DNA of 64,000 nucleotides from the human T2T-CHM13v2.0 reference genome, Homo sapiens: the NCBI RefSeq assembly GCF_009914755.1, contig NC_060943.1. The stretch is one strand, 5' to 3'. Both the position numbers and the translations under genes were made by a program. The notes under the pieces were generated by a model. That model was not told the origin of the DNA and made no database searches. It saw only the letters and a program-made list of their open reading frames with translations. Positions 44,544 through 59,239 of the stretch are shown here, in pieces (position 1 is the stretch's first letter; every line of letters begins with the position of its first letter).

Positions 44544-45370
44544 TATAGCACTTAAAACCAGGAAAACAGTGCAAATATATCTCATAGGTGAATGGATAAA
44601 CTACTACATCAAATATGTATACTACTCTCAAATATAAACAACTTTCATCTGGTTAGATACATGGTGGTAAAAAAAAATAATAAAACAACTATTCATCAAC
44701 TCATATAAACCTTAGGAGTAATTTGCTGAGTGACAAAAATGCCAAAAGCTTACATACTCTCTATCAATAAAAATTCATATAACTTATTTATATAAAATTT
44801 ATAAAAACCATTTACAAAAACAATTTTATTTTTATCATATTCATGAAATGATGAAATTATACTGATAGGAGAAAAGTGGTTGGCAGAGTTAGGTTTGGAT
44901 GGAGTGTAAGCATAAAAAGGTAGCATGAGGGACTTTGTGTTCATTAGTTTTATGTGGTTGCAGTGGTTACACGAATCTGTACATGTAATACAACTTCTTA
45001 GAGTACAAACTAAAAAAGAAAAAAACATGTAAAAATTCGTCAAATCCAAAATAAGATTAGTACTTTATAGTATCCTACCAATGTTGTTTTTCTGGTTTTG
45101 ATAATTATGGTTATATAGGATATTTTTACTAGAAATTGGTTGAAGGATACTAGCAAAGCCTCTAGACTGCTTTTGCAATTTCGAGTTCAAATTTATTTAA
45201 GTTGAAGGTGGTTTTATAAACTGATCATCTCTATAATCTTAGTTAAGCAAGTCCAAATATGTTGTTAATATATTTAACATATTCAGTTTCTTTTCTACTT
45301 AAGTTTGCTTAATGTACAATTAAGCTCAGAGCCAAAGAAAGGAAAAGAGCTAATCATAATATGGGGTGGT

Positions 45371-46198
45371 TGTTCTGGAGTATTTTCTGACACAAATAAA
45401 TTCTCTAATTCTCCCACACCAATTGGGTGTTCTACAATTCAATTCTGAACAACTGGGTGTTCTATAATTCAATTCTGACACTAACTTCTCCAAGTTAGTG
45501 CAGACTCCACAAGTTAGTGCAGTCCAAGTTAGTGCAGTGCAAGTTAGTTAGTGCAGTCTAAATTAGTGCAGACTCCACAAGTTAAGGGGCTCAGTCCAAG
45601 ACTTCCCCCACATCAGATGCCACTCACAAGGACAACCTGCAGTTCTGAATGGTGATAAATTCCGAGTTCCCACTGCCCTACTCAGGTTTGATAATTTGCT
45701 ACAGGGCTCACAAAACTCAAGAAAACAGCGTACTTTGTTTTACTGGTTATAAAGGACGCAAATGAACACTCAAATGAAGAGGTACATAGAGTAAAGCCTA
45801 AAAAGGGTTCTCCTAATCTCAGGAGCCTCTACCCCTATGAAGTTGGGGGTGCACCACCCTCTTGGGCTATTTGGAGTTCTCTTAATCTCATTGTCTAATC
45901 TAATCTCCAGCACCCCTCCCCTTCCAGGAGGTGGGAGAAATGGGGCACAAAGTCTCCATCCTCTAGTTACTTGATCTTCCTAGAGAACAGCCCCATTCTG
46001 AGGCTGTCTAGGGGAGCAACCATAAGTCACTTCAGTAGTATAATCAGGTGTAATTAAAAGGGCAGTGCTATGAATAACAACAACAGCAAAAACAAAACAA
46101 AACCAAAAAACTCTTATCACTCATGAAATTCTAAGCGTTTTAGGAGCTCTATGCCAGGAACCAGGAACAAAGACCAAATGTATTTCTCATTATACCAC
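45371..46198. mobile_element. MER21-like LTR in the ZNF614 3' region, containing an AAGTTAGTGCAG minisatellite (45492-45585)
   Basis: caattcaattctgacactaac...ctcaggtttgataatttgcta...ccaggaaccaggaacaaagaccaaat; related copies near 51310-52110, 53330-54910 and 54930-55678 (inverted). Confidence 0.65.
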
Positions 46199-47037
46199 AA
46201 TTTTACACAACAGTAAAAATAAACAGTAATGAGACAGTATATTATGGAATCATTGGCAAGGCAACTAGAAATGAGGATTAAGGTATCCTGACTGAAAATG
46301 CACACCAGGTGTATTAGCTGATGTTTAAGGTTATACTTATTAAGAAAAAGCACTCAAATATTCATCATTTTCACCACATTTCATGCCTTCATGAGCTGTT
46401 GATAGTTTGCTAAAGGTGTTCCACATTTATTTGATAGCATGTTCGGAACAATTTTACTTTCTATGTGATCTCCTGACAAATGATGAAGCAGAGTGCGTCG
46501 CTGAAATCCTGCCATCAATACTGTCACCTTAAAGTTATTTTCCAGTGTAAACTTTGACACTCACTGAGGTCATATTTCTGAGTAAAGACTTTGTCATGGT
46601 CATCATGTTTCTATCAACAATAAGCTCACTTACGTTGAAATCTATGATGAAACCTGATAATAAAGTCTATCTTTCCACAGAAGACTTTTCTTAGTCTTTG
46701 TATTCACAGAATTTATCTCTGTATACTTTTCAGACATATGAGCAGAAATTATTGCTCAAAACATCTCCACATTAATATAGTTTATTCAACGTATTTTCAT
46801 TGACAGAAAATATGAGGTAAAAGACCACTAAAGGCACTACCTTATTTACTGTATTCATCAAATTGATCTCTAGGGCAAATTATTTCACCTCCTGAGGACA
46901 GACACACATCTGTCAACAGGCAGCACCATGTTTATGTTCCAATTGGCTAGAAACACACTGATGTTTAATGAAGTCTGAGTTGCCACAAAAGGCATTTCCA
47001 TAGTCAGGGCACTAGTAGGGTTTTCTTCTGCATGAGT

Positions 47038-48557
47038 TCACTTATAAGGAAGGAGCTGTGACTCTCCATTACAGGAGTTTTCAACTTGACTGATTCTACC
47101 CATTTCTCTTGTGTGCATTTTCTTATGTTTGACAAGGTTTGATAAGTGGGAGAAGGCTTTCTCACAATCACTGCATCCATACGGCCTCTCTCCTGTATGC
47201 GTTCTTTGATGTACATTGAGTACTGACTTTGTGGTGAAGGCTTTTCCACATTCATTGCACTCATAAGGTTTCTCTCCTGTGTGAATTCTCTGATGGGTAA
47301 TGAGGCCATATTTGTGTGAATAGGATTTTCCGCACTCGGTACATACAAAGGGAGTCTTTCCTGTATGACATCTCTCATGTTGTATGAGGCATATTTTCTG
47401 GCTGAAGGCTTTACCACATTCATTGCATTCATAGGGTTTTTCTCCTGTATGAGTTCGCTGATGTATAATAAGAGTGCGCTTTGTGGTGAAGCCTTTACCA
47501 CATTCATTGCATATGTAAGATTTCTCTCCTGTATGAGTTCGCTGATGTATAACGAGAGTGCGTTTGACAGTGAAGCCTTTTCCACATTCGCTGCATATGT
47601 AAGATTTTTCTCCTGTGTGGGAGCGCTGATGTACAATGAGATTGCTCTTCACGGTAAAGCCTTTTCCACATTCACTGCACATATAGGGTTTCTCTCCAGT
47701 ATGAGTTCGCTGATGTACAACAAGATAGCGCTTCATGGTGAAGCCTTTTCCACATTCACTGCATATATAGGGTTTCTCCCCTGTATGAGTTCGCTGATGT
47801 ACAATGAGATTGCTCTTCACAGTGAAACCTTTTCCACATTCTTTGCACACATAAGGTTTCTCTCCACTATGAGTTCGCTGATGAGCAATTAGATAGCGCT
47901 TCATTGTAAAGCCCTTTCCACACTCACTGCACATATAGGATTTCTCTTCTGTATGGGTTTGTTGATGTGTAATGAGACTACTCTTCACAGTAGAGCCTTT
48001 TCTATATTCATTGGGTATACAGATTTTGTCTGTTGTATTAGTTTTCAGATGCTTAGTGAACAGGACACTTCTGGATAATTTCTCACATTGACCACTTCCA
48101 GGATTCTCTTGTATACAAATGTTCTCATGGTAAATGAGCTGAGACTTCCTAAGGAAGGTTTGCTCACATTCAATGCATGCATGGGGTTTCTCAATTTTCT
48201 GAGTCCTCTGATGCTTGAAGACTTGGAATTTAGTATGGATACATTTTGCATTTTCAGAAAATCTAGTTTTAGTATGCGTACGTTCATGCTTACCATGTAG
48301 AAGTGTTTTCTCACCTCCAATAAACTCAACAGGGTTATTTATTCCATGTCTTCTCTTCTGGTTGATTAAACTTAAACTTGATTTCAAATTTTTTCTGTAC
48401 AAGTCAAATGTATCATGATTTTGCACTATAGGAAAATGTGTCTTGCTGAGATGTACAATATTTCTAAGTGTATTCTGTCCATTGCATTGCTGCACGCTCT
48501 TCAGAAGTCTTTGGTTTGGAGAGTGCTCTTGCAGATGACTGTCAACTTTCCCGATTC
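47038..48557 (-). CDS. ZNF614: ZNF614 finger exon: one atypical C2HC finger, two degenerate fingers, 10 intact C2H2 fingers
   Basis: tttcttag|GAATC acceptor; 15+127+96+1520 = 1758 nt = 585 aa + stop. Confidence 0.95.
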
Positions 48558-49205
48558 CTAAGAAAGAACAGAGTAACAAATTCTTCCATGAGAATTGTAT
48601 GAGATAAAAATGCTTATGAGGCCGGGCACGGTGGCTCATGCCTGCAATCCCAGCACTTTGGGAGGCTGAGGCGGGCAGATCACGAGGTCAGGAGTTCAAG
48701 ACCAGCCTGACCAATGTGGTGAAACCCCGTCTCTACTAAAATTACAAAATTAGCCGGGCGTGGTGGCACATGCCTGTAATCCCAGCTATTCAGGAGGCTG
48801 AGGCAGGAGAATCACTTGATCCCAGGAGGACGAGGTTGCAGCAAGCCGAGATTGGGCCATTGCACTCCAGCCTGGGTGATAGAGCGAGACTCAGTCTAAA
48901 AAAAAAAAAAAAAAATCTTAGCTTATGAGATGATTTGCTGGGGGCTGGCTCTTTATTGTCAACTCTACGATCCCAGTATAAAAGGAAATTATGAAGATAT
49001 AAGCTGAAATATATCCAAGAAATCAGATCCAAGAAAAGACAAAAAGTCTTTAAAGCTATAACAGCATTAAAAAAGTTATCAGATGGGGAGATGAATATAT
49101 AGTGGAGCTGCTTAGGTACCCTCAGATACTTCATATATGTGACACCTTTCCTTAATGACTACAATAAGACTCCTATAGCCACTGTCCTTGCTGGTTCTCA
49201 CTTAC

Positions 49206-49301
49206 CTGGACAATTTTTATTCTGAATTTTAGCATCTGTTGTCCATGGTTCTTGTCCATGTGCCAACTTGGAGAGTACATCTGGTTTGCTAGTTTGATAC
49301 C
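49206..49301 (-). CDS. ZNF614: ZNF614 KRAB-B exon (96 nt)
   Basis: [32 protein letters not shown]; acag| acceptor and G|gtaagt donor. Confidence 0.93.
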
Positions 49302-49440
49302 CTGTTCATGAGGAAAGACAAACACAAACATCCTGAATTGGAGTCCAGTATGTCAAGATGGAAAAATAATACATTCGATGAAGAAAACAATTTCAAAGTA
49401 AGCATTCTGTCTTAGAAGAGATTATACCACTTTGGGGTCA

Positions 49441-49698
<258 letters not shown>

Positions 49699-50201
49699 TT
49701 ACAAAGTCCTATTCAATATGATATAAACTCCTATTGTTAATATAGAAGTATAAGATAATTTTTTAAAAATTTTCACAATACAGCCTGCATCTATATTCCT
49801 TTCTCAAATATACTTTGGTAGGAGCAAAATCCTCTATCTATACATTTTAGCGCCTATTTCTAAATATTAAACGTAGGCAAATGACATCAGGACAAATAAA
49901 ACATCCCTACATTACCAATGACTTCACAACCAATATAAGGATCTGTCATGAATAGACTTCACATCTTGAATTCATAAAATAGTGCTTTTAAATAAATGTA
50001 AGAGAAAAGATGAAACTATATCTGTATAAAGCACAAAAGGCCCCTAAAGTTGATTAGATTTTTATTTATTTTTTAATTTTTAAAGAGAGATGGTCTTGCT
50101 CTGTAGCCCCAAATGGAGTGCAGTGTCACAGTAATAGCTCAATGCAACCTTGAACTCCTAAGCTCAAGCGACCTTCCCACCTCAGCCTCTCAAGTAACTA
50201 G

Positions 50202-50498
<297 letters not shown>

Positions 50499-53478
50499 TA
50501 ACAAAGAAGTTAATAAATATGAAATACAGAGTTGCAAGACCTAGTGTATGCCCACTTATGGTTTCTAAAAGGGAAAATAGTGTAATAGAGAAGCAATATC
50601 TATTAATAAATATCCAAAACCTAAAATATTTCAGAACTAAATACCTCAAATCTCAAATTCAGAAATCCCAACAAGTTCAGAGCAGGAAGTCACAACTGGT
50701 GTGACACATCAGACTGAAACTACCATACATCAAATGCAAAGGGAAAACTATAGAATCATCAAGAGACAAAAGACAGATTACCTACAAAGAAATAACAAAA
50801 TATACTGATGGCTGACATTTCAATAATAGAATCCAGAAACGTATGGAATACAATCTTCAAAGTCCTAATTCTTGCAACAAAAAAGGCCAATTTTGGAAGG
50901 CCATTTGGGATTAAAACACATGGCTAGCAGATGACTTGCTGTCTTACAACCATGATATCAAGGACCTGTTTGTCAACTAAACTGTCATTCTCCTGCTTCA
51001 CAATAACTTTTCAGAGAACTGCAGAGTGTGAAGTAGAGGTAACTAAGATCCAAGGAAATACTGATAAGAGAATCTATGCTATATTACTGTGTGGGATGCT
51101 GCATAGTCAAGAAAGTAGACTCATGAGAGTGCGCAAGTGCTCAAGCCTGGTCAGTTTATCTCATTCCAAAATCTTTATGTGAGATGTCTATCGACTGGGT
51201 AAGTGTAAAGTTAAATTTCTACCTCACTCCACAGTCCAAAAGAATTTATTACTGGATGGAAATCTTGCAGGCCAACTCTAAGGTGTCCTCTGATAATCTC
51301 ATTCTCTAGCTGCAGTGACTTCTGACATCAACTACCTGGGTTAGGCCAAACTTCCCAGGTTAAAAGCACAATCCTCCACAAGACTGCCCTCACTTCAGAC
51401 ACAAGCTGCAAGCTTAAGGCTACACAGACCACCCTCAACTCCAGCGAGCTGGCTACAAATGTGTGGAGCTACCATGACTCCCTCAGGTTTAATAACTTGA
51501 TAGAACAACTCAGAGAACCCAAGAAAGTGCTGTGTTTACAATTAGCACTTTACTATTGCAAAATGACACAAATCAGAATCAGCTAAAGGAAAATATGCAC
51601 AGGGTGAGGTCTGGGAAGGTTCCAAACACAAAGCTGCTGACTGTCCTCTCCTCATGGAATCCTTGGTGGCATTACATCTTCCTGACTACATTGTGTAACA
51701 ATATTCAAGAGTACTTGCCAGCCAGCGAGGCGCACCTAAACTTTGATGTCCAGAGATTTTATTGAGACTTCATGATGTAGGCACAGTTTATTGAAGCATT
51801 GCCCATGTAGCTGAGTTCAGTCTCCAGTTCCCTCCCCTTCCTGACTGGTATTACATGGCTCAAAGCCACAACTCTCTAATCACTTAGTGCGCTTTTTGGC
51901 ATGGGCAGCCCCTATCCAGAGTCATGTCATTGCCATAAATTATCTAGGGATCTACTATGAGTCACCACTATACATATAGATATAAACTATCAAATATGAG
52001 TGGCCCACCATGAATGACAGAGACACTCATAACTTGGGTAATTACAAGGGTTTAGAGGTTACCTCCCAGGAACGAAAACAAAGGCTAGCCAAATTCTTTA
52101 TTACACTCTAGGTGTTCCTGCCCCTGTGCAGTACCATCCTCCTGAGTATGAAGTGGCCTAAAAGCTTGTTTCTAAAGAAAAGAATACAGCAAAAGTGACA
52201 AGATGCCACTTTAAGATTACACTCTATATGACTTCCATCTTGCTAGCAGAATCTGTCATTTTCTAGCTTTGATTAAACAATTTGGCACATAGGGGAGGTG
52301 CATGTGACAAAAAACTAAAAGTGGGCTTTGACAAACAGACAGGTAGAAACTGAGGACCTCAACTAAACTACCTCATTTCTCATTCTGGAAATGAATCCTC
52401 CCAACAACCACATAAGTGAGCTTAGAACTGCATCTTTCCCCATTTCAGCCTTCAGATCAGATTCCAACCCAGCTAACACCTTGACGACAACCCCCATGAG
52501 AGACTGTGAATCAAAGTAGCCAGGTAAGCCATGCCCTTATTCCTGAGCCACAGAAAGTGTGAGATTTTTTTTTTTAAGTGTTGTTTCAAGTCACTACCTT
52601 TTGGAGTAATTTCTTAGGTATTAATAGACAATGAATATAAGATGTAAACTTAAGAAGAACTTATGAGGCCAGGAGTGGGGCACACATCTGTAATTACAGT
52701 ACTTCCAGAGGAGAGTTTGAGCCCAGGAGTTTGAGACCAACCTGAGCAACATAGTGAGACTCTGTCTCTATTCTCTACAAAGAACAAAAAATTAGCTGGG
52801 TGTGGTAGTGGATGCCTGTGGTCTCAGCTATTCAGGAGGCTAAGGCAGGCAGATGGTGGTTGAGGCTGCAGTGAGCCATAATTGTGCTACTGCACTCCAT
52901 CCTGGGGAAGAGGGCGAGTCCCTGTCTCAAATAAAGAAAAAAAAAAAAGGAATAAATGAAAACATGTTCATGATATAAGTAAAAAGCTTTAAAAAAAATG
53001 ACTTCTGCATGGGAAAAAATATTTTGAACAAGCTAAAAGAGAAGTAAGACTCTAGAAAAATATTTGCAACATATAAAAGAATCAATATCCAGTCAAGATA
53101 AACAATTATAAATCAGTAAGACCACAAAAAAATTAAATGAACAAAGACTAAAGACACTTTATGACAGAATAAATAATCCAAAGAAACAACAAAGAGATGA
53201 GAAGGATCTGAACCTCACTGGTGAATGGGAAAATGCAAAATAAGGCAAAATAATACTGGATCATCTAGATCATGGAAAATACACAATTTGATAACATAGT
53301 AAGTGTTGGCAAGATTTGCAGCACTGAATGTTTTTGTGCAGTGTTTTCCAACACTAACAACCAATTCTCCAATTATCTAAACATAAACTAGATGTCCAAC
53401 AATTCAATTCAATTCTGACACTATCTTTGTCAGAATCCACAGATTTAAGGGTTCAATCCTACAAGACTGCCTCCTCTT

Positions 53479-53807
53479 GAGTTCCTCTGCCCGGCCGCCC
53501 CACTGTCTGGGAAGTGAGAAGCGCCTCTGCCTAGCCGCCCACCATCTGGGAAGTGAGGAGCACCTCTGCCCGGCCGCCCCACACCACCGCCGCCATCTGG
53601 GAAGTGAGGAGTGCCTCTGCCTGGCCCCCGCAACGTCTGGGAAGTGAGGAGCGCCTTTGCGCGGCTGCTGTGCGACCCTCCAAGTGTGAAGTGACAGCCT
53701 TGTGTGTGATCTTTCTGCCCTCCCCAAGTTTGCATTTTCGACATTAAAGTTTACTTTTCAATTAAAATTTTTAAATTGGAGAATATATAATTTAAAAAAA
53801 AAAAAAA
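53479..53807 (+). mobile_element. SVA2 element (VNTR, unique 3' end, poly(A))
   Basis: About 4 units of cctctgcccggccgccc...tctgggaagtgaggagcg, then ccctccaagtgtgaagtgacagccttg...attaaag, no SINE-R; perfect 16-bp TSD aagactgcctcctctt (53463, 53808). Confidence 0.85.
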
Positions 53808-54265
53808 AAGACTGCCTCCTCTTAAGATGCCAGTCACAAGTCCTGGGCTACCAGTATTTCTGACTAACTGGCTATAAATTAGAGGCTCCCACAAACCCCT
53901 CCTCAGGTTTGATAATTTACTAGAACAGCTCATAGAACTCAGGAAACACTTTACCTATGGTACCTAGTTAATAATAGAGGATATAACTGAGGAACAGCCA
54001 GACTGAAGAAATGCATAGGGCAAGATATGGAAGAGGGTGTGCCAAGCTTCCATTCCTCTCTGCGTGTGGCATCCTCCCAGCACCCTGGTATGTTCACAAA
54101 CCTGAAGCTTGTTCAAGAGTACAAAAAATTAGCCGGGTGTGGTGGTGGGTGCCTGTAGTCCCAGCTACTCAGGAGGCTGAGGCAGGAGAATGGCATGAAT
54201 CCGGAGGCGGAGCTTGCAGTGAGCCAAGATCATGCCAGTGCCCGCCAGCCTGGGCATCAGAGTGA

Positions 54266-54876
<611 letters not shown>

Positions 54877-55679
54877 TGAACTGGGAACAATGACCAAATA
54901 TACTTATCCGTGTCACTTTCTATATACCAGACTGTGAAAAATAAATATACATTTGGTCTCTGCCCTCCAAATCTTTGGAATTGCTGAAGTGTCTTTTATA
55001 TGCTATTGAGATGACTGGTGCCTGGGGCTCTTCCATGGCCTCAGGAAGGGAGCTGGTTGCCAGGGGAACCAACCTTGTGACAGACAGTTGGAACTTTCAG
55101 TCTCACCTCTCCAACCAACCCCTGACCTCTGTGGAAGGGAGAGGTGATGGAAATTGAGCTTACCACCAATAGTTAATGAATTAATAAATTATGCCTATGT
55201 AATGAACCCACCAAAACAATAAAAGGATGAGGTTGAGAGCTTCCAGGCTGCTGAACATAGGGTAGTCCTGGGAGGGTAGAATACCCAGAAAGGGCATGGA
55301 AGCCCTGAGGCCCTTCCCCATTACCTGACCTATGCATCTTTTCCAACTGGCCATTCCTGAGTTGTACCCTTTCATAATAAGCCAGTAATCTAGTAAGTAA
55401 ACTGTCTTCCTGCATTTTTTGAGCCTTCTAGCAGATGAATAGATCTGAGAAGGGGGTTGTGGGGACATCCAATTGGTAGCCAAGTCCAAAAGAACTTGTG
55501 AGTAACCTGGGGACCCAGCACTTTTCAGGGGGGCAGTATTGTGGGACTGAGCCCTCAACCTGTGGAGTCTGTCCTAAGTCTAGACAATTAGTGTCAGAAT
55601 TGAGTAAATTTTAGAATACCTAATAGGTATGGAGAATTGAATTGATGTGTGGGAAAAACCCCACATATCTGGTGTCAGA

Positions 55680-56326
<647 letters not shown>

Positions 56327-56928
56327 TTAGTAATTTTAAAAAAGTTGGTTGGCAGGCACCAGCATGCAAAGAATGCCAATATTCCAAAAATGGTCTGGAG
56401 TATGTACATTAAAATGACAACCATAGTTCCTTCTTGAGTGGTGGGTGATTCATGTATCATTGTAATGGTCAAAAGTTGAACTACCAACAAAGCATGGATT
56501 CTTTCATATTGAGTCTACTTTTTTTTCCTTCTTTTTGAGACAGGGTCTTACTTTGTCACCCAGGTTGGAGTGCGGTGGTGCAAACATGGCTCACTGTAGC
56601 CTCGTCCTCCTGAGCTCTAGCAATTCTTCTCCCACCTTAGCCTCCCGAGTAGCTGGGATTACAGGTGTGCACCACCACACCCAGCTAATTTTTGTATTTT
56701 TTGTAGAGACGGGGTTTCACCATGTTGCCCAGGCTGGTCTTGAACTCCTGAGCTCAAGCGATCCAGAATCTACTTCTTAAGGCAGAATGAACCCCCACCT
56801 CTACTCCCAAAAGCAATGTAAGTTAATTTCTCCCTAGAACACAATTATCCCAGTATATACTTCCTTAAGTTCAACTGACTTCTTCAGGCCACCATAAATC
56901 TATCAAAAAATCAAAGGGAAAATATCAC

Positions 56929-56943
56929 CTGGGTCTTGATCAT
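56929..56943 (-). CDS. ZNF614: ZNF614 first coding segment MIKTQ (exon starts at 57159 or 57152)
   Basis: ATG ATC AAG ACC CAG|gtgat; tandem acceptors tatcag|tcctcag|. Confidence 0.9.
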
Positions 56944-57406
56944 TTTCTTCTGTGCTCAGAAAATAGTGGATAACATGGACTATACGTCTTTGTCTCTTCT
57001 GCATTTGCCATGAAGTTTTTGAAGTTTTCCTAGTCAGAAATATTAGTGTCCACTTAAAGTTGTCCCCAGAAATTATGATATCCAAGGCCAGCAACCTCCT
57101 TCTTCTTCCTTCATTGCTTCACTTGAGTTATTTTGCTTCTGGGAGCCAGGACCTGAGGACTGATAAACAAAATGGCTTTCAGTGTACATTAACCCTGGGT
57201 CCAGACATTGTCACTGCTGCTCTGCACTTACCTTAAATAAAAGACCCTAATATTTCTAACAGTTCCTTTATTTGCTGCCTCAGAGGTTTTCATGGTTCTA
57301 AATGTGTGAAATCTATGCCTTTCTTTTGTGAAGTAGAAGTGGCATGACTATTATAGAGAAGGTGGGAAAGCAGAACCAGCACAGCACAATGCCTCAGAGG
57401 CAGGTG

Positions 57407-58366
57407 TCTGGGGAAAAGAAAGAGAGATCAGACTGTTACTGTGTCTATGCAGAAAGAAGTAGACATAAGAGGCTCCATTTTGTTCTGTACTAAGAGAAAT
57501 TCTTCTGCCTTGAGATGCTGTTAATCTGTAACCCTAGCTCCAACCCTATGCTAGCAGAGACATGTGCTGTGTTGACTCAAGGTTTAATGGATTTAGGGCT
57601 GTGCAGGATGTGCTTTGTTAAAAACGTGCTTGAAGGCAGTATGCTTGGTAAAAGTCATCACCATTCTCTAATCTCAACTACCCAGAGACACAATACACTG
57701 CGGAAGGCCGCGGGGACCTCTGCCTAGGAAAACCAGGTATTGTCCAAGGTTTCTCCCCATATGATAGCCTGAGATATGGCCTCGTGGGAAGGGAAAGACC
57801 TGACCGTCCCCTACCCCGACACCTGTAAAGGGTCTCTGCTGAGGAGGATCAGTAAAAGAGGAAGGCCTCTTTGCGGTTGAGATAAGAGAAAGGCATCTGT
57901 CTCCTCCTCGTCCCTGGGAATGGAATGTCTCCGTGTAAAACCCCATTGTCTGTTCTATTTACTGAGATAGGAGAAAACCGCCTTAGGGCTGGAGGTGAGA
58001 CATGCTGGTGGCAATACTGCTCTTTATTGTACCGAAATGTTTGTGTGCGTGCACATCAAGGCACAGCACGTTTCCTTAAACTTATTTATGACACAGAGAC
58101 CTTTGTTCACATGTTTTCCTGCTGACCCTCTCCCCACTATTACCTTATTGTCCTGCCACATCCCCCTCTCCGAGGTGGTAGAGATAGTGATCAATAAATA
58201 CTGAGGGAACTCAGAGACCAGTGCCAGCGTGGGTCCTCCGTATGCTGAGTGCTGGTCTCCTGGGCCCACTTTTCTTTCTCTATACTTTGTCTCTTATTTC
58301 TTTTCTCAGTCTCTCATCCCACCTGACAAGAAACACCCACAGGTTGTGGAGGGGTGGCCCCCTTCA
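57407..58366 (+). mobile_element. Solo LTR5 (HML-2, LTR5A/B-like) in ZNF614 intron 1
   Basis: About 960 bp, ends ccccttca, TSD aggtg; rejoined flanks align to the uninterrupted ZNF350 paralogous intron near 5985-6035. Confidence 0.92.
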
Positions 58367-59159
58367 AGGTGAATTCTCAGACAGATCAATTTTAGGAAAG
58401 AGAACACATGGAAGGCTCCAAGAATGTCTTTAAAAACCACGTGTGCCCATGTACTGGTTCGAAAGTCTCTGTAAGCTCTTTGGGTATACATACCTCGTGT
58501 CAAGACCAATGTACTAAGCAAATCACAAGAACTGTCTCATTTCACATTATGCGCTAAAGGAGTAACTTTACCCAAGAGAGCTTTGTCCTTTGCCCACAGT
58601 TCCTATGAGGCAAACTCTAAGCCTTTGGAATACGCTGCTTGATAAAACTGTCTTTGGTTATCAGGGCAATTTAAGCCATGCCAAATTGTCTATCCTAATA
58701 ATGTGATTTACTGTGGGAGACCTTGGACCACGTGGTATTAGTTTGATATCTGGAGGAGCTGGAGATTGAAGTCAGCCTCATAGGCAGTCAATTGTGTGTG
58801 TGTGTGTTAACTGATATCCAATAAAACTCTGGACACCAAGGCCTAGGTGAGTGGCAACAATGGTTACAATGGCTGGCAATAATAATATAAGGGTGTATAT
58901 ATAAGAATATGATAATTTAAAAACGTATGAAGCAAAACAGAATGAGAGAGGATTAGACAATTCAACAATAATAATTGAAGACTACATTACCCTACTTGCA
59001 ATAATAAAGAAAACAAATAGAAACTCAGCAAGGATACCGAAAACTTGAACAACATTATCAACCAACTAGACTTAACGAACATTTAACACTGCACTCAACA
59101 GCAGTAAAATAAACATTTTTTTCAAGAGCACATGTTATATTCTTCAGGAAAGATAATAT

Positions 59160-59237
59160 CCCATGTGATAGCCTGAGATAGGGCCTCATGGGAAGGGAAA
59201 GACCTGACCGTCCCCCAGCCCAACACCCGTAAAGGGT
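59160..59237 (+). mobile_element. Isolated internal LTR5 fragment (about 78 bp)
   Basis: ccatgtgatagcctgagat...gggaagggaaagacctgaccgtcccccagcccaacacccgtaaagggt matches about 57757-57833. Confidence 0.85.
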
Positions 59238-59239
59238 GA

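Noticed and set aside
47030-47040. Programmed stop-codon readthrough of ZNF614
   Set aside because: The context is TGA-ACT, not the TGA-CTAG motif; kept only as a fossil-domain observation.
48558-48639. N-terminal extension of the 533-aa ORF (likewise the TTG start of the 640-aa ORF)
   Set aside because: Intron and Alu sequence upstream of the acceptor at 48558; the true starts are in upstream exons.
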